DNA of 32,000 nucleotides from a bacterium (GTDB lineage Bacteria; UBP7; UBA6624; JBBIMK01): NCBI GenBank assembly GCA_037444445.1, contig JBBIMK010000019.1, positions 5,573 to 37,572 of the forward strand, read 5' to 3'. Shown piece by piece: positions 31,809 to 32,000 of this stretch (position 1 is its first letter; each line of letters starts with the position of its first letter). The notes under the pieces were generated by a model. It saw only the letters and a program-made list of their open reading frames with translations, ran no database searches and was not told where the DNA came from. The position numbers and the translations under genes were made by a program.

Positions 31809-32000
31809 GATGGTGCGGTATGCTGATAAAGGAGGAAGATTTAGCTCGTGTCGAAAATGAAGGGCTATTCTTGAATCGTGATTCGCCCAACGCTATTCGC
31901 TACCGGCTATGGGTTGTCCTTCACCGGAAGAGCAGGATGAAGCCATAAAAGAATTTTCTGTTTCAAGGCTTGCCCCTATGAACCTTTTGCACAGGGTCCC

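Noticed and set aside
31820-32000. Short plus-strand ORFs at the right edge (ATG 31820, about 44 aa MLIKEEDLARVENEGLFLNRDSP...; ATG 31900 running off the window)
   Set aside because: They are too short or truncated, with no recognisable motif and no convincing SD. A real gene may start here, but the window does not support a call.
1-32000. Search for tRNA, rRNA, tmRNA, RNase P or riboswitch-like sequences in all intergenic gaps over 100 nt (3696-4050, 7711-7918, 18069-18366, 19451-19823, 24159-24274, 28769-29021, 31709-32000)
   Set aside because: I saw no GGTTCGAATCC-type T-loops, no cloverleaf-compatible stems and no familiar riboswitch cores by eye. A covariance-model scan with tRNAscan-SE or Rfam would be needed to be certain.

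Overview
Bacterial chromosomal window, roughly 50-55% GC by hand counts. Almost all genes are on the minus strand. I found no rRNA, tRNA, CRISPR array, transposase or integrase. The core is a long co-directional housekeeping array at 6385-18068: rpsB-tsf-pyrH-frr-uppS-cdsA-rseP-ispG, then a GT2 glycosyltransferase, an MgtC-family gene, rimP and nusA. To its left lie hpf, mltG, a YqeG-type HAD phosphatase and a partial receiver-GAF regulator that runs off the edge. A plus-strand pair sits at 4051-6283: a Big_2/NHL lipoprotein and a small beta-barrel-like protein. Two accessory regions stand out. (i) An AT-rich two-gene insert at 9706-11179 is wedged between ispG and the GT2 gene. It encodes an ABC/AAA_21-type ATPase and a 160-aa Toprim-like protein, which is a miniature split OLD/PARIS-like architecture and a candidate defence module. 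(ii) The right 40% of the window (18.2-31.8 kb) holds two tandem giant ORFs of 1497 aa (Tat signal) and 1444 aa (no signal). I could not assign either to any named family. Upstream of them are a 12-blade Kelch protein and a pseudopilin-like secreted protein. A short G/T-rich repeat element occurs three times in this region, and two copies form an inverted pair around 7.5 kb. Next to it are a chimeric lipobox plus truncated Crp/Fnr gene and a retropepsin-like gene. All functional calls rest on motif recognition by eye; no database search was run.
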